A model generated the notes under the pieces. The model was given only the letters and a program-made list of their open reading frames with translations. It was not told the DNA's origin and did no database searches. The translations under genes were made by a program, and so were the position numbers. Below are positions 27,874 to 38,369 of a stretch of 54,573 nucleotides of DNA, in pieces. The number at the start of each line of letters is the position of its first letter. The stretch's first letter is position 1. Location: sequence record SRR31156797_1806; one strand, given 5' to 3'.

Positions 27874-29178
27874 ATGGCAAAAACCACTATGCAGGCCTCA
27901 ACACTGCTCGATGTCGTCCCGCTAAAATCCGCATTTAAAGATCTCAGTGACAAGCCTGAATACCAACGTCGTTTTCACGTTATGGCAAAACCCGGTGGCG
28001 CTAAGTGTAATATTGACTGCCAATATTGCTTTTACCTACACAAAGAAGATCTCCTTCATCAACCAAAACAACCGAAAATGGATGATGAAACGTTAGACGC
28101 TTTTGTGAAGAGTTATATTGAGAGTCAAGACGGTGAAGAAATTGTTTTTTCCTGGCAAGGCGGTGAACCTACCTTGTTGGGTTTGGATTATTTTCGTCAA
28201 ATAGTCGAGTTACAAAAAAAATACCAACCTAAAGGCGTGCGTATCAACAACGATCTGCAAACCAATGCCATTCTGCTTAATGATGAGTGGTGCGAGTTTC
28301 TGGCAGAGCACGATTTCTTAGTTGGTCTTTCGATTGATGGCCCTGAAGAGATTCACAACAAATACCGAGTGACCCGAAGTGGGAAACCAACGTTTCATCT
28401 GGTGATGAAAGCGGTCGATACCATGAAAAAACATGGTGTTCGCTTCAACGCTCTGGTTACAGTGAACAATCATAACGTTAAGTATCCGCTCGAAGTTTAT
28501 CGATTTGTGACTCAAGAGTTGGGCGCTACCTACATTCAGTTTAATCCGGTTGTTGAACCGAGCGATTTCAAAACCACGGCCCCACAATTCTGGAATGAAA
28601 GTATGATTCCAACCGTGGGTAGCGAGCTTGCTAAACCTGGCCACCCTATGTCTGTGGTCACGGATTGGTCTGTGGATGCTGATGATTGGGGGCAGTTCCT
28701 CATCGCAATTTTTGAAGAATGGGTCAATAACGATTTAGGTCGAGTGTTGGTTAACCTGTTTGAAACGGCAGTCGCTCAGGTGATGGGTAAACCTGCACAG
28801 CTTTGTATTACCGCAGAGTTCTGTGGTAAAGGTTTAGCCATTGAGCACAATGGTGATGTGTTTAGTTGTGACCACTACGTCTACCCTGAGTACAAATTAG
28901 CGAACGTAAAAGAACGTCCGCTAAACGAAATGGCTTTCTCAATCAGGCAGCAAGCATTTGGTACGGCTAAACGTGATTCTTTACCCAAGTATTGTAAAGA
29001 GTGTCCATATCTACACCTATGTTGGGGTGAGTGCCCGAAAAACCGCTTGTTGAAAACTCCGGATGGTGAAGACGGTTTGAACTATCTCTGTCCGGGTATC
29101 AAAGCATTCTTTGACTACTCACTACCCATACTCACTGGCATATCTGTATTACTGGGACAAAATAATGGAAATAACTAA
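27874..29178 (+). CDS. Anaerobic sulfatase maturase (radical SAM/SPASM, anSME/AtsB-type)
   Basis: CNIDCQYC, WQGGEP, SIDG, SCDHYV, CKECPYLHLCWGECP, NYLC. Confidence 0.96.
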   Translation: MAKTTMQASTLLDVVPLKSAFKDLSDKPEYQRRFHVMAKPGGAKCNIDCQYCFYLHKEDLLHQPKQPKMDDETLDAFVKSYIESQDGEEIVFSWQGGEPTLLGLDYFRQIVELQKKYQPKGVRINNDLQTNAILLNDEWCEFLAEHDFLVGLSIDGPEEIHNKYRVTRSGKPTFHLVMKAVDTMKKHGVRFNALVTVNNHNVKYPLEVYRFVTQELGATYIQFNPVVEPSDFKTTAPQFWNESMIPTVGSELAKPGHPMSVVTDWSVDADDWGQFLIAIFEEWVNNDLGRVLVNLFETAVAQVMGKPAQLCITAEFCGKGLAIEHNGDVFSCDHYVYPEYKLANVKERPLNEMAFSIRQQAFGTAKRDSLPKYCKECPYLHLCWGECPKNRLLKTPDGEDGLNYLCPGIKAFFDYSLPILTGISVLLGQNNGNN

Positions 29179-30154
29179 TCAAGCTCACGAGGACGTGGTT
29201 AAACTATTAAACTACTTAGATTCACAAGTTGTCGGTCAACACTCGGTAGTAAAAGGTATTTTGCTTGGTCTGCTGAGTCGTGGACATGTTTTGTTAGAAG
29301 GCTTACCTGGTACCGCTAAAACTCGTTCGGTTAAAGCTCTGGCGAACGCTTTGACGATTTCTTTTGGCCGTATTCAGTTCACGCCTGATTTGCTGCCTTC
29401 AGATGTGACAGGTACAGAAGTCCTTCAGGAATCAGAAGGGAAATCTTCGCTGCATTTCCAACCAGGCCCAGTTTTTAACCAGATTGTGTTAGCCGATGAA
29501 ATTAACCGCGCACCAGCCAAAGTTCAGGCAGCTTTGCTGGAGGCGATGGCAGAAGGGACGATTACCGTGGCAGGTGATACGCATACCTTGCCAGAGTTGT
29601 TCATGGTTTTGGCGACACAAAACCCAATTGAACAGGAAGGTACCTATCCACTTCCAGAAGCTCAAATGGACCGCTTTCTGCTCAAGGTATGTGTTGATTA
29701 TCCCACTCATAATGCAGAGCGAGACATTATTCGTCTTGTGCGTCAGGAAGAAGCCGGTGAGCTTTTTGCTAAAAGCAGTGAAATGGTCAATATCGATCCG
29801 AAATGTATTCTTCAGGCGAGACGTGAAATCTCTCAGATCGAACTGTCTGATTTAGTTGAGACGTATATAGTTAACTTAGTGATGGCGACTCGTGAACCTC
29901 AGCAATATCCAGACTCTAAACTAGTGAGCTGGCTAGCGATTGGTGCCAGCCCTCGTGCGTCCATCGCGTTGGATAAATGTTCTCGCGCTTTGGCATGGCT
30001 TGAAGGGCGTGATCATGTATTGGTCGATGATGTACGCGAAGTCGCGGCTATGGTGATGGGGCATCGATTAAGCCTATCCTACGAAGCATTAGCCGACGGA
30101 GTCAGTCAGCAGGACTTGGTTAATGAACTATTGGATGTCGTTAATATTGGGTAA
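29165..30154 (+). CDS. MoxR family AAA+ ATPase
   Basis: GHVLLEGLPGTAKT, RIQFTPDLLPSD, DEINRA, ATQNPIEQEGTYPLPEAQMDRF; start overlaps anSME end. Confidence 0.96.
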   Translation: MEITNQAHEDVVKLLNYLDSQVVGQHSVVKGILLGLLSRGHVLLEGLPGTAKTRSVKALANALTISFGRIQFTPDLLPSDVTGTEVLQESEGKSSLHFQPGPVFNQIVLADEINRAPAKVQAALLEAMAEGTITVAGDTHTLPELFMVLATQNPIEQEGTYPLPEAQMDRFLLKVCVDYPTHNAERDIIRLVRQEEAGELFAKSSEMVNIDPKCILQARREISQIELSDLVETYIVNLVMATREPQQYPDSKLVSWLAIGASPRASIALDKCSRALAWLEGRDHVLVDDVREVAAMVMGHRLSLSYEALADGVSQQDLVNELLDVVNIG

Positions 30155-30159
30155 TTGCT

Positions 30160-31107
30160 ATGGATGATAAGCAACGCTTAGACCCGCGCATCTATGTCGA
30201 TATTAAACAACTGAACCGCACTCAGAGCCACGTTTCCAGTATTAACTTATTGGGAGCAAGGTACTCGCGCGCCCAAATGTCTGGCCGTTATCAATCTCAC
30301 GCCAGAGGGCGAGGTCTGAATTTTGAAGAGCTTCGCCATTACCAGAAGGGTGATGATATTCGTCAAATGGACTGGAAAGTCACTCAGCGCACTGGCAAAC
30401 CTCATGTTCGCAGCTATACCGAAGAAAAAGATCGCCAGATAATCCTCTGTGTTGATCAGCGCAGTGCAATGTATTTTGGCTCAGTCAGTCACATGAAATC
30501 AGTGGTCGCGGCAGAAATTGCAGCACTAATGGGGTGGATGGCGTTAGCGCAAAACGATCGGGTCGGGTTATTGATTTGTGATCACCAGAAGTTTCATTGG
30601 CGCTCAGCGAAACGCGGTGGAAAATCGTTCTTAATGGGACTTAATGAGCTGGTGGATGCCAATCACAAGTTAAATGTAGCGGTGCAGGATGATCCCTCGG
30701 TTGATATGACGCATTGGCTGAAGTCACTTCAGGCGAAAAAGCTCAAATCAGCGACCATTATTATCATTAGTGATTTTAACGATGCCAACGACCAAACACT
30801 TCGCCAGCTTCAATTTCTTCATCAGCATAATGATGTCATCAGTGTGTTTGTTTCTGATCCGTTAGAATCGACCCTGCCTCAACACACGCTCAATACACCG
30901 TGGGTTATTGGTGATGGTGAATATCAATTTGCGTTGCAACAAGGTAAGCAGAGTGAAAAGGCGTATGAGATCTTACAAAGGCGTTATGAGGAAAAACGCG
31001 ATCAGTTGAAGAAACTGATGGCGGCACAAAAACTCCCGTGCATAGAAATAGGAACAGACGGTAACCATTTCGTGGAGTTAGCCAAGTTCTTGGAGGTGAC
31101 GAAATGA
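30160..31107 (+). CDS. DUF58 domain protein
   Basis: GRGLNFEELRHYQKGDDIRQMDWKVT, VDQRSAM.FGS, ISDF. Confidence 0.93.
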   Translation: MDDKQRLDPRIYVDIKQLNRTQSHVSSINLLGARYSRAQMSGRYQSHARGRGLNFEELRHYQKGDDIRQMDWKVTQRTGKPHVRSYTEEKDRQIILCVDQRSAMYFGSVSHMKSVVAAEIAALMGWMALAQNDRVGLLICDHQKFHWRSAKRGGKSFLMGLNELVDANHKLNVAVQDDPSVDMTHWLKSLQAKKLKSATIIIISDFNDANDQTLRQLQFLHQHNDVISVFVSDPLESTLPQHTLNTPWVIGDGEYQFALQQGKQSEKAYEILQRRYEEKRDQLKKLMAAQKLPCIEIGTDGNHFVELAKFLEVTK

Positions 31108-31595
31108 CGCCTCAACCACCTGACAGCTATATGCTGCGCAATATTCACGAAGTACAAGTGCCTGAAGCGGTGAGCTGGTTCCCACAGACCATCGGTTGGA
31201 AAATCGTATTTGCCGCGATTGCTGTTTGGCTGTGCTACCAAGTATACCGCCGAGTTAAGCATTGGTGGGTTAACCGTTATCGCAATGAAGCCGCTGAAGC
31301 TTTGATGCAGCTTGAAGAAAACGAATCTGACTGGCCATTTCAAATGGTAAGAATAACAAAGCTAGTGATGGTGTATCTCGACAGTAAAAATGCGTCCCTG
31401 CATGGTTCTCGTTTATTAATCAAAATGGATCATTATTCGGAGCAGAGCGAGCTTCTGTCTGAAGACAGTGAAATCAAACAATGGCTTGCCTGTGCTGAAA
31501 ATAGCAAATTAGCATCACCAGATTTTGAACAAGTCCGTAGTAAACTCTTGTTATGGTTGAGAACCCATCAGGTCATCGAAGTAGGTGAGTTATGA
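31104..31595 (+). CDS. DUF4381-type membrane protein
   Basis: P..VSWFPQTIGW + TM helix + NRYR..A; 4-nt start/stop overlaps on both sides. Confidence 0.85.
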   Translation: MTPQPPDSYMLRNIHEVQVPEAVSWFPQTIGWKIVFAAIAVWLCYQVYRRVKHWWVNRYRNEAAEALMQLEENESDWPFQMVRITKLVMVYLDSKNASLHGSRLLIKMDHYSEQSELLSEDSEIKQWLACAENSKLASPDFEQVRSKLLLWLRTHQVIEVGEL

Positions 31596-32587
31596 GTAGT
31601 ATTGAATTTGCTCACCCTTGGTTCTTCCTGCTGTTGCCAATTCCACTGTTGGTGTACTGGCTAGTTCCGGCTTATCACAGCCGTGAAAGCGCAATTAAAG
31701 TGCCTTTCTTTTCTCAAATTCTTGAAGCACTTAATGAAACGCCTAAAGAAGCCGCAGGGTTACTAACGTCGCAATGGTGGCAGAAAGTCACTTTATTTGT
31801 TTCCTGGGTTCTAATCGTCACCGCATTGGCTCATCCAAGTATTCTGGGTGAGGTACAGACCAGAGAAGAGTTCGGCCGAGATGTGATGGTTGTTGTCGAC
31901 CTATCGGGATCGATGGCTGAGAAGGATTTCAGGCAGGAAGGTAAAGCGTTAACGCGTTTACAAGCCGCAAAAGTGGTACTACAACAGTTTGTCGAGAACC
32001 GTGAAGGTGACCGTTTTGGTCTTATCTTGTTTGGTGATTCTGCTTTTGTTCAGACACCATTTACCGCTGACCGTGAAGTTTGGCTAAGCCTACTGAATGA
32101 AGCTGATGTTGCTATGGCTGGGCAAAGTACCAACTTAGGTGATGCAATGGGGCTGGGAATCAAAGTGTTCGAACAGAACCAGGATCCTGAGCAGCAAAAA
32201 GTGATGATTGTCCTGACAGATGGTAACGATACTGGCAGCTTTGTTGAGCCAATTGATGCGGCGAAAATTGCGGCGGCGAAAGGCATTAAAATCTACATGA
32301 TCGCCATGGGTGACCCTGAAACAGTCGGTGAGCAGCCACTGGATATGGAGGTGATCAACCGAGTTTCAGAATTGACTCAGGCACGTTCATTTACTGCGAT
32401 TGACCAGCAAGCGTTAAGCGGAGCCTATAAGCTCATTGATGAACTGGAACCTCAGACTTACAACATGGCGACTTACCGCCCTAAGATCAGTCTGCATCAT
32501 TACTTTATTGTTGCTTTGGTTATGCTTCACCTACTGGTGTTCGGATTGCTCACCATCAAACGCATGAGAGAGGTGCCAAATGAGTGA
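31592..32587 (+). CDS. VWA domain protein (BatA-like)
   Basis: EFAHPW N-terminus, MIDAS DLSGSM, LTDG, C-terminal TM. Confidence 0.93.
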   Translation: MSSIEFAHPWFFLLLPIPLLVYWLVPAYHSRESAIKVPFFSQILEALNETPKEAAGLLTSQWWQKVTLFVSWVLIVTALAHPSILGEVQTREEFGRDVMVVVDLSGSMAEKDFRQEGKALTRLQAAKVVLQQFVENREGDRFGLILFGDSAFVQTPFTADREVWLSLLNEADVAMAGQSTNLGDAMGLGIKVFEQNQDPEQQKVMIVLTDGNDTGSFVEPIDAAKIAAAKGIKIYMIAMGDPETVGEQPLDMEVINRVSELTQARSFTAIDQQALSGAYKLIDELEPQTYNMATYRPKISLHHYFIVALVMLHLLVFGLLTIKRMREVPNE

Positions 32588-34271
32588 TTGGCAGCTTGAG
32601 TTACAGTATTTATCGCAATTTCATTTTCTAAGACCGTGGTGGTTAGCGGTGTTGTTACCCCTTGGGGTGATTTTTTATCTGCGCTGGAAATCCAGTGCTG
32701 ACGAAACTCGCTTTGCCATGTTTCCTCAGCATTTGAGAAAGGCGCTAACCGTGCAACGTTCAGGTTGGACAAATCAATTGCCGCTAAAAATGCTGATGGT
32801 ATTACTGGTGATATCCGTGCTGATCTGTGCTGGACCTGCGTGGCAACGACAAAGTTCGCCGTTTGGAGAAGATGCCGCGTCTTTGATGGTGGTGTTGGAT
32901 AACAGTGAAACCATGCAACAGAAAGATGTCGCGCCAAGTCGATTAGAGCGCGCAAAGCATAAAATTACCGATCTCAGTAAACTCAGAGCCGGTGGCAGAA
33001 CGGGCTTAATGGTCTTTGCTGGCAGTTCACATGTGGCTATGCCACTCACTAAAGATAATCAGGTCATTCTCCCTTATTTGTCTGCGCTAGAGCCAGACGT
33101 GATGCCAGTTGCCGGTAAAGCCGCTCAAACCGCTTTACCTTTGTTAGATAAACAAATTGAGGCGAATACGGGTAACTCCATTTTATTAGTTACCGATGGC
33201 GTTGATGCCACGACGATAACTCAATTTGAACGCTATTTTGCACAAAACCCCTATCAGTTACTGATCCTAGCTGTGGGCAACGCCCAAGCTGCTGTCGATT
33301 CACCGTTGGATATTGAATCGTTGCGTACGTTAGCCAGTAAAACCAATGGCAAGTTAATAGAATTCTCTATTGATAACAGTGATGTAGAAACACTCAACCG
33401 CCAGATCGAGCGTTTTATGTTGATTAATAGTGACTCATCGATGCCATGGCAGGATGAAGGTTACCGCTTGTTGTATCCACTGGTATTGCTGATGTTGCTT
33501 TGGTTCCGCAAAGGCTGGTTGGTGAAATGGAGCTTAGTACTTGTTGTGAGTATGCCGCTGGTAGCTCCGAATAAGGCAATGGCTGAGATGGTACGGACGA
33601 CGTCTACCCAAGAAGTATCCACAGAGCAGGTCGCTTTCTGGGAAAGTGCCGCTCAGTTTTGGATGGATTTGTGGTTAACACCCGATCAGCAAGCACAGCG
33701 ACTCTTTAATAAAGGGGAGTACAAGCAGGCGGCTGCCCATTATCAATCGCCATTAAACAGAGGCATTGCTTACTATTATGGCAGCGAGTTTAAACTAGCT
33801 CACAGCGCCTTTATGCAAGATGGTACGCCACTGGGGCTTTACTACGCGGCAAGTGCCCTCGCGAGACAACGTGAGTACTTAGCGGCGCGTAAATTACTAC
33901 AGGAGCTTAGCGAGCAGGAAGGGCTGGATGAGAAGTTGCAACAAGATATTGCTCATAACCTGAAAGTCATTTCGGGATTGATTGATGAAATTAATCAGAT
34001 GAGTAAATCTCAGGCCGATAGTATCGATCTGGATCAGGAAGTTTCAATCGAACTGCCGGATGATCAGCCTCAGACCGCCGAAGGCGCGGACGAGAATACC
34101 AATCAAGATAAAATGATTCAGCAACAGCTGAGTGCCGAACAAATACTCGGCGATCCAAAACTTGCCGAAGTGTGGCTGAAGAGAGTTGAGGCGGATCCAA
34201 GTCGTTTCTTACAGGCCAAATTTCAAATCCAACACAATCGCATGTCGTCAGAGGTGAGCAACAATGAATAA
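32580..34271 (+). CDS. VWA + TPR membrane protein (BatB/BatC-like fusion)
   Basis: FHFLRPWWL, DNSETM..PSRLERAK, VTDG, WLTPDQQA, TPR-like helices, WLKRVEADP. Confidence 0.9.
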   Translation: MSDWQLELQYLSQFHFLRPWWLAVLLPLGVIFYLRWKSSADETRFAMFPQHLRKALTVQRSGWTNQLPLKMLMVLLVISVLICAGPAWQRQSSPFGEDAASLMVVLDNSETMQQKDVAPSRLERAKHKITDLSKLRAGGRTGLMVFAGSSHVAMPLTKDNQVILPYLSALEPDVMPVAGKAAQTALPLLDKQIEANTGNSILLVTDGVDATTITQFERYFAQNPYQLLILAVGNAQAAVDSPLDIESLRTLASKTNGKLIEFSIDNSDVETLNRQIERFMLINSDSSMPWQDEGYRLLYPLVLLMLLWFRKGWLVKWSLVLVVSMPLVAPNKAMAEMVRTTSTQEVSTEQVAFWESAAQFWMDLWLTPDQQAQRLFNKGEYKQAAAHYQSPLNRGIAYYYGSEFKLAHSAFMQDGTPLGLYYAASALARQREYLAARKLLQELSEQEGLDEKLQQDIAHNLKVISGLIDEINQMSKSQADSIDLDQEVSIELPDDQPQTAEGADENTNQDKMIQQQLSAEQILGDPKLAEVWLKRVEADPSRFLQAKFQIQHNRMSSEVSNNE

Positions 34272-35508
34272 AGGTTTTGTCGCTCGTATGATGGTGGTGA
34301 TTTGTTTGATGGTGTTTAGTGTTTGCAGCACGGCTGATGAAGTTAAACCGTCGGTGCAAGTCACCGCTAAAGCCTGGATTGGAAAGCAAGAGTCTAAACA
34401 AGTGCCTGTATTTGCACCAACTCAACAAATCATAATGTATGTCGAGGTCGCGACGAATACCTGGTATACCTCGGGAACCCAAATCGCATCGATAGAGATT
34501 CCAGATGTGTTGATTAAGCAACGTAACCCGTTTGCCATTAACTCCAGTGTGCGCAAACAAGGGCAAACGTGGTCAACTCAGCTCTGGGAAATCGTGCTTT
34601 ATCCGCAAAAAAGTGGCGAGTTCTCCGTTCCTCCGGTTAGTGTCAATGTTCAAGTGGCAACTGAGGGGAGTGGCAAGCAGCAGCTAACGTTGGAAACAAA
34701 GTCCATTGCTTTTCGGGTAGAGCTTCCAAGCGCAGAACTGGATAGCTCACGCCAATGGTTTAGTTCAACCAAGGCTCAAGTTACCCAAGATTGGCAGACA
34801 TCATCAGATGAGCTTAAGGTGGGTGACAGTGTCACTCGGGTGATTGAGGTCCAAGCACAAGATTCATTATCGGTTCTATTGCCAAGTTTGATGACCAACT
34901 CATCGAATCAAGCATGGCAGAGTTATGTGAACCCTCCTCAATTGACAGACTCACAAAGTCGTGACGGCTATATATCTAAACGCAAAGATAGTGTGACTTA
35001 TATTCTTCAACAAGGCGGTGATATTAGCTGGCCCAGCTACGATGTGTGGTGGTGGAATACCCAAAAACAAAGCTTAGAGCGAATCACAATTGATGGATAC
35101 CGTGTGCATGTCAAACATACATTGTCTTCTTGGTTACGGGCTTATCAGTTTGAGTTGGTTTGCTTGTTTTCTGCTATGACTGCACTGCTCAGTATTGTCT
35201 ACGCCGTAAAACGTTACTTTAAAACCCACCGTAAACCAGCTTGGTATGAGTTCACCCGTTCCTTGTTACATCGTCGTTGGCCTCAATCGCGTGCATTGTT
35301 ATATAAAAAGGCTCGAGGGGAGACTGAGCAAGTCTCGTTGATGGCGCTAAATCAAGATCCGAAGTGGTCGTCGTTCTCAAACGATGTTCAAAATGGTGAA
35401 ACCAAACGTAAACAATTCGTTTGGTTGTGGCGAAAGATAAGACGCAGCCCACGAATTAGCCTAAAAATGCCTAAAGCTTTAAAAGCGCTTGAACGGGTAA
35501 AACGTTAA
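34264..35508 (+). CDS. BatD-like protein
   Basis: Signal peptide, YPQKSGEFSVP, LKVGDSVTR, WWWNT, C-terminal TM; last gene of the MoxR-VWA operon. Confidence 0.85.
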   Translation: MNKGFVARMMVVICLMVFSVCSTADEVKPSVQVTAKAWIGKQESKQVPVFAPTQQIIMYVEVATNTWYTSGTQIASIEIPDVLIKQRNPFAINSSVRKQGQTWSTQLWEIVLYPQKSGEFSVPPVSVNVQVATEGSGKQQLTLETKSIAFRVELPSAELDSSRQWFSSTKAQVTQDWQTSSDELKVGDSVTRVIEVQAQDSLSVLLPSLMTNSSNQAWQSYVNPPQLTDSQSRDGYISKRKDSVTYILQQGGDISWPSYDVWWWNTQKQSLERITIDGYRVHVKHTLSSWLRAYQFELVCLFSAMTALLSIVYAVKRYFKTHRKPAWYEFTRSLLHRRWPQSRALLYKKARGETEQVSLMALNQDPKWSSFSNDVQNGETKRKQFVWLWRKIRRSPRISLKMPKALKALERVKR

Positions 35509-35770
35509 TAAATCAATAGCATTATATTCGGCGCAAATGTTCGATTTAAAACAATAATCAATATTTATTATTGGCACTACTAAGAATTTGCTAGCTGAAT
35601 TCCTTATGCTATGTAAGGTTAATCTGCATTTGGCAAATTGTTGTAAGTTCTTACAGATGCGCCGATGGTGATAACGTACTATTCGCGCTTAGTTATTAAC
35701 AGTACCTAAGGTAAACGTGGTTTGAGAATCGTTAATATCAATGCTCATTCCATCAACAAATAAAATTGTC

Positions 35771-38287
35771 ATGAAGAGAAGTCTAAAGTCAGCCATTCTT
35801 ATCCCATTTATCGTGGTATTTTTTATCACTTTTATTGGGATAACCTCAGTTCAATTTTATAAGTTCGAAAATAGAATTGAGAGTCTAGGAAAAAGAAAAA
35901 CCCTTGCTATTACCAACAGTATTAAACTGAAGCTAGATAACTTTCTCAAAGAGCCTCTTCATTTAGGAATGGCGATCAGCAATTTAATTTCATCTGAACA
36001 TCTTAATTCTTATGCAGACTTATCTCATATACAAAGCTATTTACGAGCGACAACCTCTGATATGTACCACAATTTGCCTCAAGTGGATGTGGTTGGCTAT
36101 GGCAATAGTAACTCTGAATATGTCGGTTTTCGCAAAGGTAAACATCATAGTCACTTGATCTTGAAAGATGAACGAACTCAGGGATTAATGACATTTTTCA
36201 CTGGGGATTCCGTTGGTAGTGATACAGTGATGACGGTTAATAACTATGAGCCACAAACACGCCCATGGTATATCTCTGCCGTAGAGGCCAGCTCCCCTGT
36301 TTGGTCAACCATCTACAACAGCATCGATATTTATGACAAAGCGAACTCTACCGTTTCGGCGGTAATACCTGTAGGTGATGACCCTACGGATCCTACAGGA
36401 GTACTTGCTCTAGACATTAGCCTAAATGAATTGACGAGCTTTATGGTCAATTTAAAGGGCGACTATGATGCGATGGTTTACGTCTTTGATGATAGTGGAG
36501 AGATAATCTCTCACTCCGGCTCGGATAATATCGACAACTTTAGTTTCACTCAGCATTCAACCCGGTTAAGTAATGTCATTGATCCTGTGGTTATCGAAAG
36601 CTTAAAGAAAATTGCGACTCTAGATGATGATTCTCTGATTAACCCTATGAGTTATCAAACCACGATTGGCGGCGAAACTTTTTTTAATAGTGTTCACCCT
36701 TATATTACGGTGAACAATGATAATTTCCATTGGTATATCGGCGTTTCCGTTTCGAGAAGCTCATTATTTGAAGATTCGATTCAACACAGAATTCTAGGTT
36801 GGATTATCGGTTTATCCGTTTGTGCAATAGGTTTATTTATTGTCGCACTTTATATCGATAAGATAATTTTCCCTATTCAGCTAACCATTGCGGCAACAAA
36901 TAAATTAGCCAATGGTCATAAAATAGGAAAAATTGATAACAACGGCAGTATTAAAGAAATCAATATGTTGATTTCAAGCTTTAACCGTATGTCGACCAAA
37001 ATCGAAAAATCGATCAGCAAGCTTAAAACTCAGGTATTTAATGATGAACTTACCGGACTACTCAGTAAAGCGGGCTTTGTGGATGGTTATAAGAAATTGG
37101 AGGTTCAGGAGGGAACCTTATTCTTGTTTCGCATTAACTGTTTTAAAGAACTGATTGACTCATTGGGGCATGAAAAGAGCGATTTGGTGTTACAAGCGGT
37201 TGCTGAGCGTTTAAGTAAGTTTACCGATCAGGAATGTTTAATTGCGGCGGTTGAACCTGGTGAGTTCGCAATGTTTTCGCCTCGTCATTTTGATTCTCGT
37301 CAGTCAAAAGTCTATGCAAAAAGTATTAAACAGTTTTTAACCGAGAGGCTAAACATACAAGGCGTAGACGTTGCATTCAGGATCGCGGTAGGGATTGTGC
37401 TGGAGTTTGGGCCTCATCAAGGTATGGACAAAGGATTACGCAATGCGAGCGTTGCCTTGAGCGGTGCAAAGCACAGCAGTGGGCATATCTTTTACTTTAA
37501 TGACAAAATGCTCGAAGCGATCGAAAGCAAGACTCAAATGTATGCTGATATCAAGAAAGGGATAGAGAACCAAGAGTTTACGCCGTTCTACCAGCCTATT
37601 GTTGATTTGAAAACCGGTAACGTTGTTGGTGCTGAAGCGCTTGCTCGCTGGGTATCTCCTGAGTCTGGCCTTATTCCACCAGACAAGTTTATCCCGGTAG
37701 CTGAAGAAAGTGGCTTCATTGATTTACTGGGTGAAAGCATTCTCTATCAAGCCTGTATAGATACCAACCGAGGTATTAAAGATGGTAAGTGGGCGACTGA
37801 TTTTAAAATGCACGTCAATATCTCGGTTATGCAGCTATCAAGGGCCAGTTTCTTAACTACGCTGCAAGAGATCATGAACAGCACCAATATCAGTCCGAAA
37901 AACCTCTCGTTAGAGATCACCGAATCTGGGCTAGCTGAAAATCAGGGGATCTTTAACCGTAATTTAGAAGCCATTCTAGCAATGGGAATCCATGTTTCTA
38001 TTGACGATTTTGGGACCGGATACAGTTCATTGTCTTACCTACAAGAACTGGAGTTTGATTGCTTAAAAATTGATAGGGCATTTGTTAGTACCTTAACAGA
38101 AGCCAACGCTAAATCGTCATTAACGGCGATGATCCTTGATATTTCCAAATCCATCGATACCTATGTCGTTGCAGAAGGGATCGAAACAGAGATGCAAGCC
38201 AAAGTGCTCAGTGAACTCGGCTGTCAATTAGGCCAAGGTTATTACTTTGGTCGACCTGTGCCGTACGCATCTTGGCAGCGCAGTTGA
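35771..38287 (+). CDS. Membrane Cache-HAMP-GGDEF(degenerate)-EAL c-di-GMP phosphodiesterase
   Basis: TM, YEPQTRPWY Cache motif, TM-HAMP, GGDEF site reads EPGEF, intact EAL, DDFGTGYSS, EGIE. Confidence 0.92.
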   Translation: MKRSLKSAILIPFIVVFFITFIGITSVQFYKFENRIESLGKRKTLAITNSIKLKLDNFLKEPLHLGMAISNLISSEHLNSYADLSHIQSYLRATTSDMYHNLPQVDVVGYGNSNSEYVGFRKGKHHSHLILKDERTQGLMTFFTGDSVGSDTVMTVNNYEPQTRPWYISAVEASSPVWSTIYNSIDIYDKANSTVSAVIPVGDDPTDPTGVLALDISLNELTSFMVNLKGDYDAMVYVFDDSGEIISHSGSDNIDNFSFTQHSTRLSNVIDPVVIESLKKIATLDDDSLINPMSYQTTIGGETFFNSVHPYITVNNDNFHWYIGVSVSRSSLFEDSIQHRILGWIIGLSVCAIGLFIVALYIDKIIFPIQLTIAATNKLANGHKIGKIDNNGSIKEINMLISSFNRMSTKIEKSISKLKTQVFNDELTGLLSKAGFVDGYKKLEVQEGTLFLFRINCFKELIDSLGHEKSDLVLQAVAERLSKFTDQECLIAAVEPGEFAMFSPRHFDSRQSKVYAKSIKQFLTERLNIQGVDVAFRIAVGIVLEFGPHQGMDKGLRNASVALSGAKHSSGHIFYFNDKMLEAIESKTQMYADIKKGIENQEFTPFYQPIVDLKTGNVVGAEALARWVSPESGLIPPDKFIPVAEESGFIDLLGESILYQACIDTNRGIKDGKWATDFKMHVNISVMQLSRASFLTTLQEIMNSTNISPKNLSLEITESGLAENQGIFNRNLEAILAMGIHVSIDDFGTGYSSLSYLQELEFDCLKIDRAFVSTLTEANAKSSLTAMILDISKSIDTYVVAEGIETEMQAKVLSELGCQLGQGYYFGRPVPYASWQRS

Positions 38288-38369
38288 TAAATCGATTATC
38301 GACAATTGTGTCAGTCAGGCGTATGGTATGTTTTATGAGTGTTTGTTCATATATGTTATGGAGTGATTA

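Noticed and set aside
33991..34566. 191-aa antisense ORF in the VWA/BatD genes, representative of other shadow ORFs
   Set aside because: Fully overlaps well-supported genes on the opposite strand
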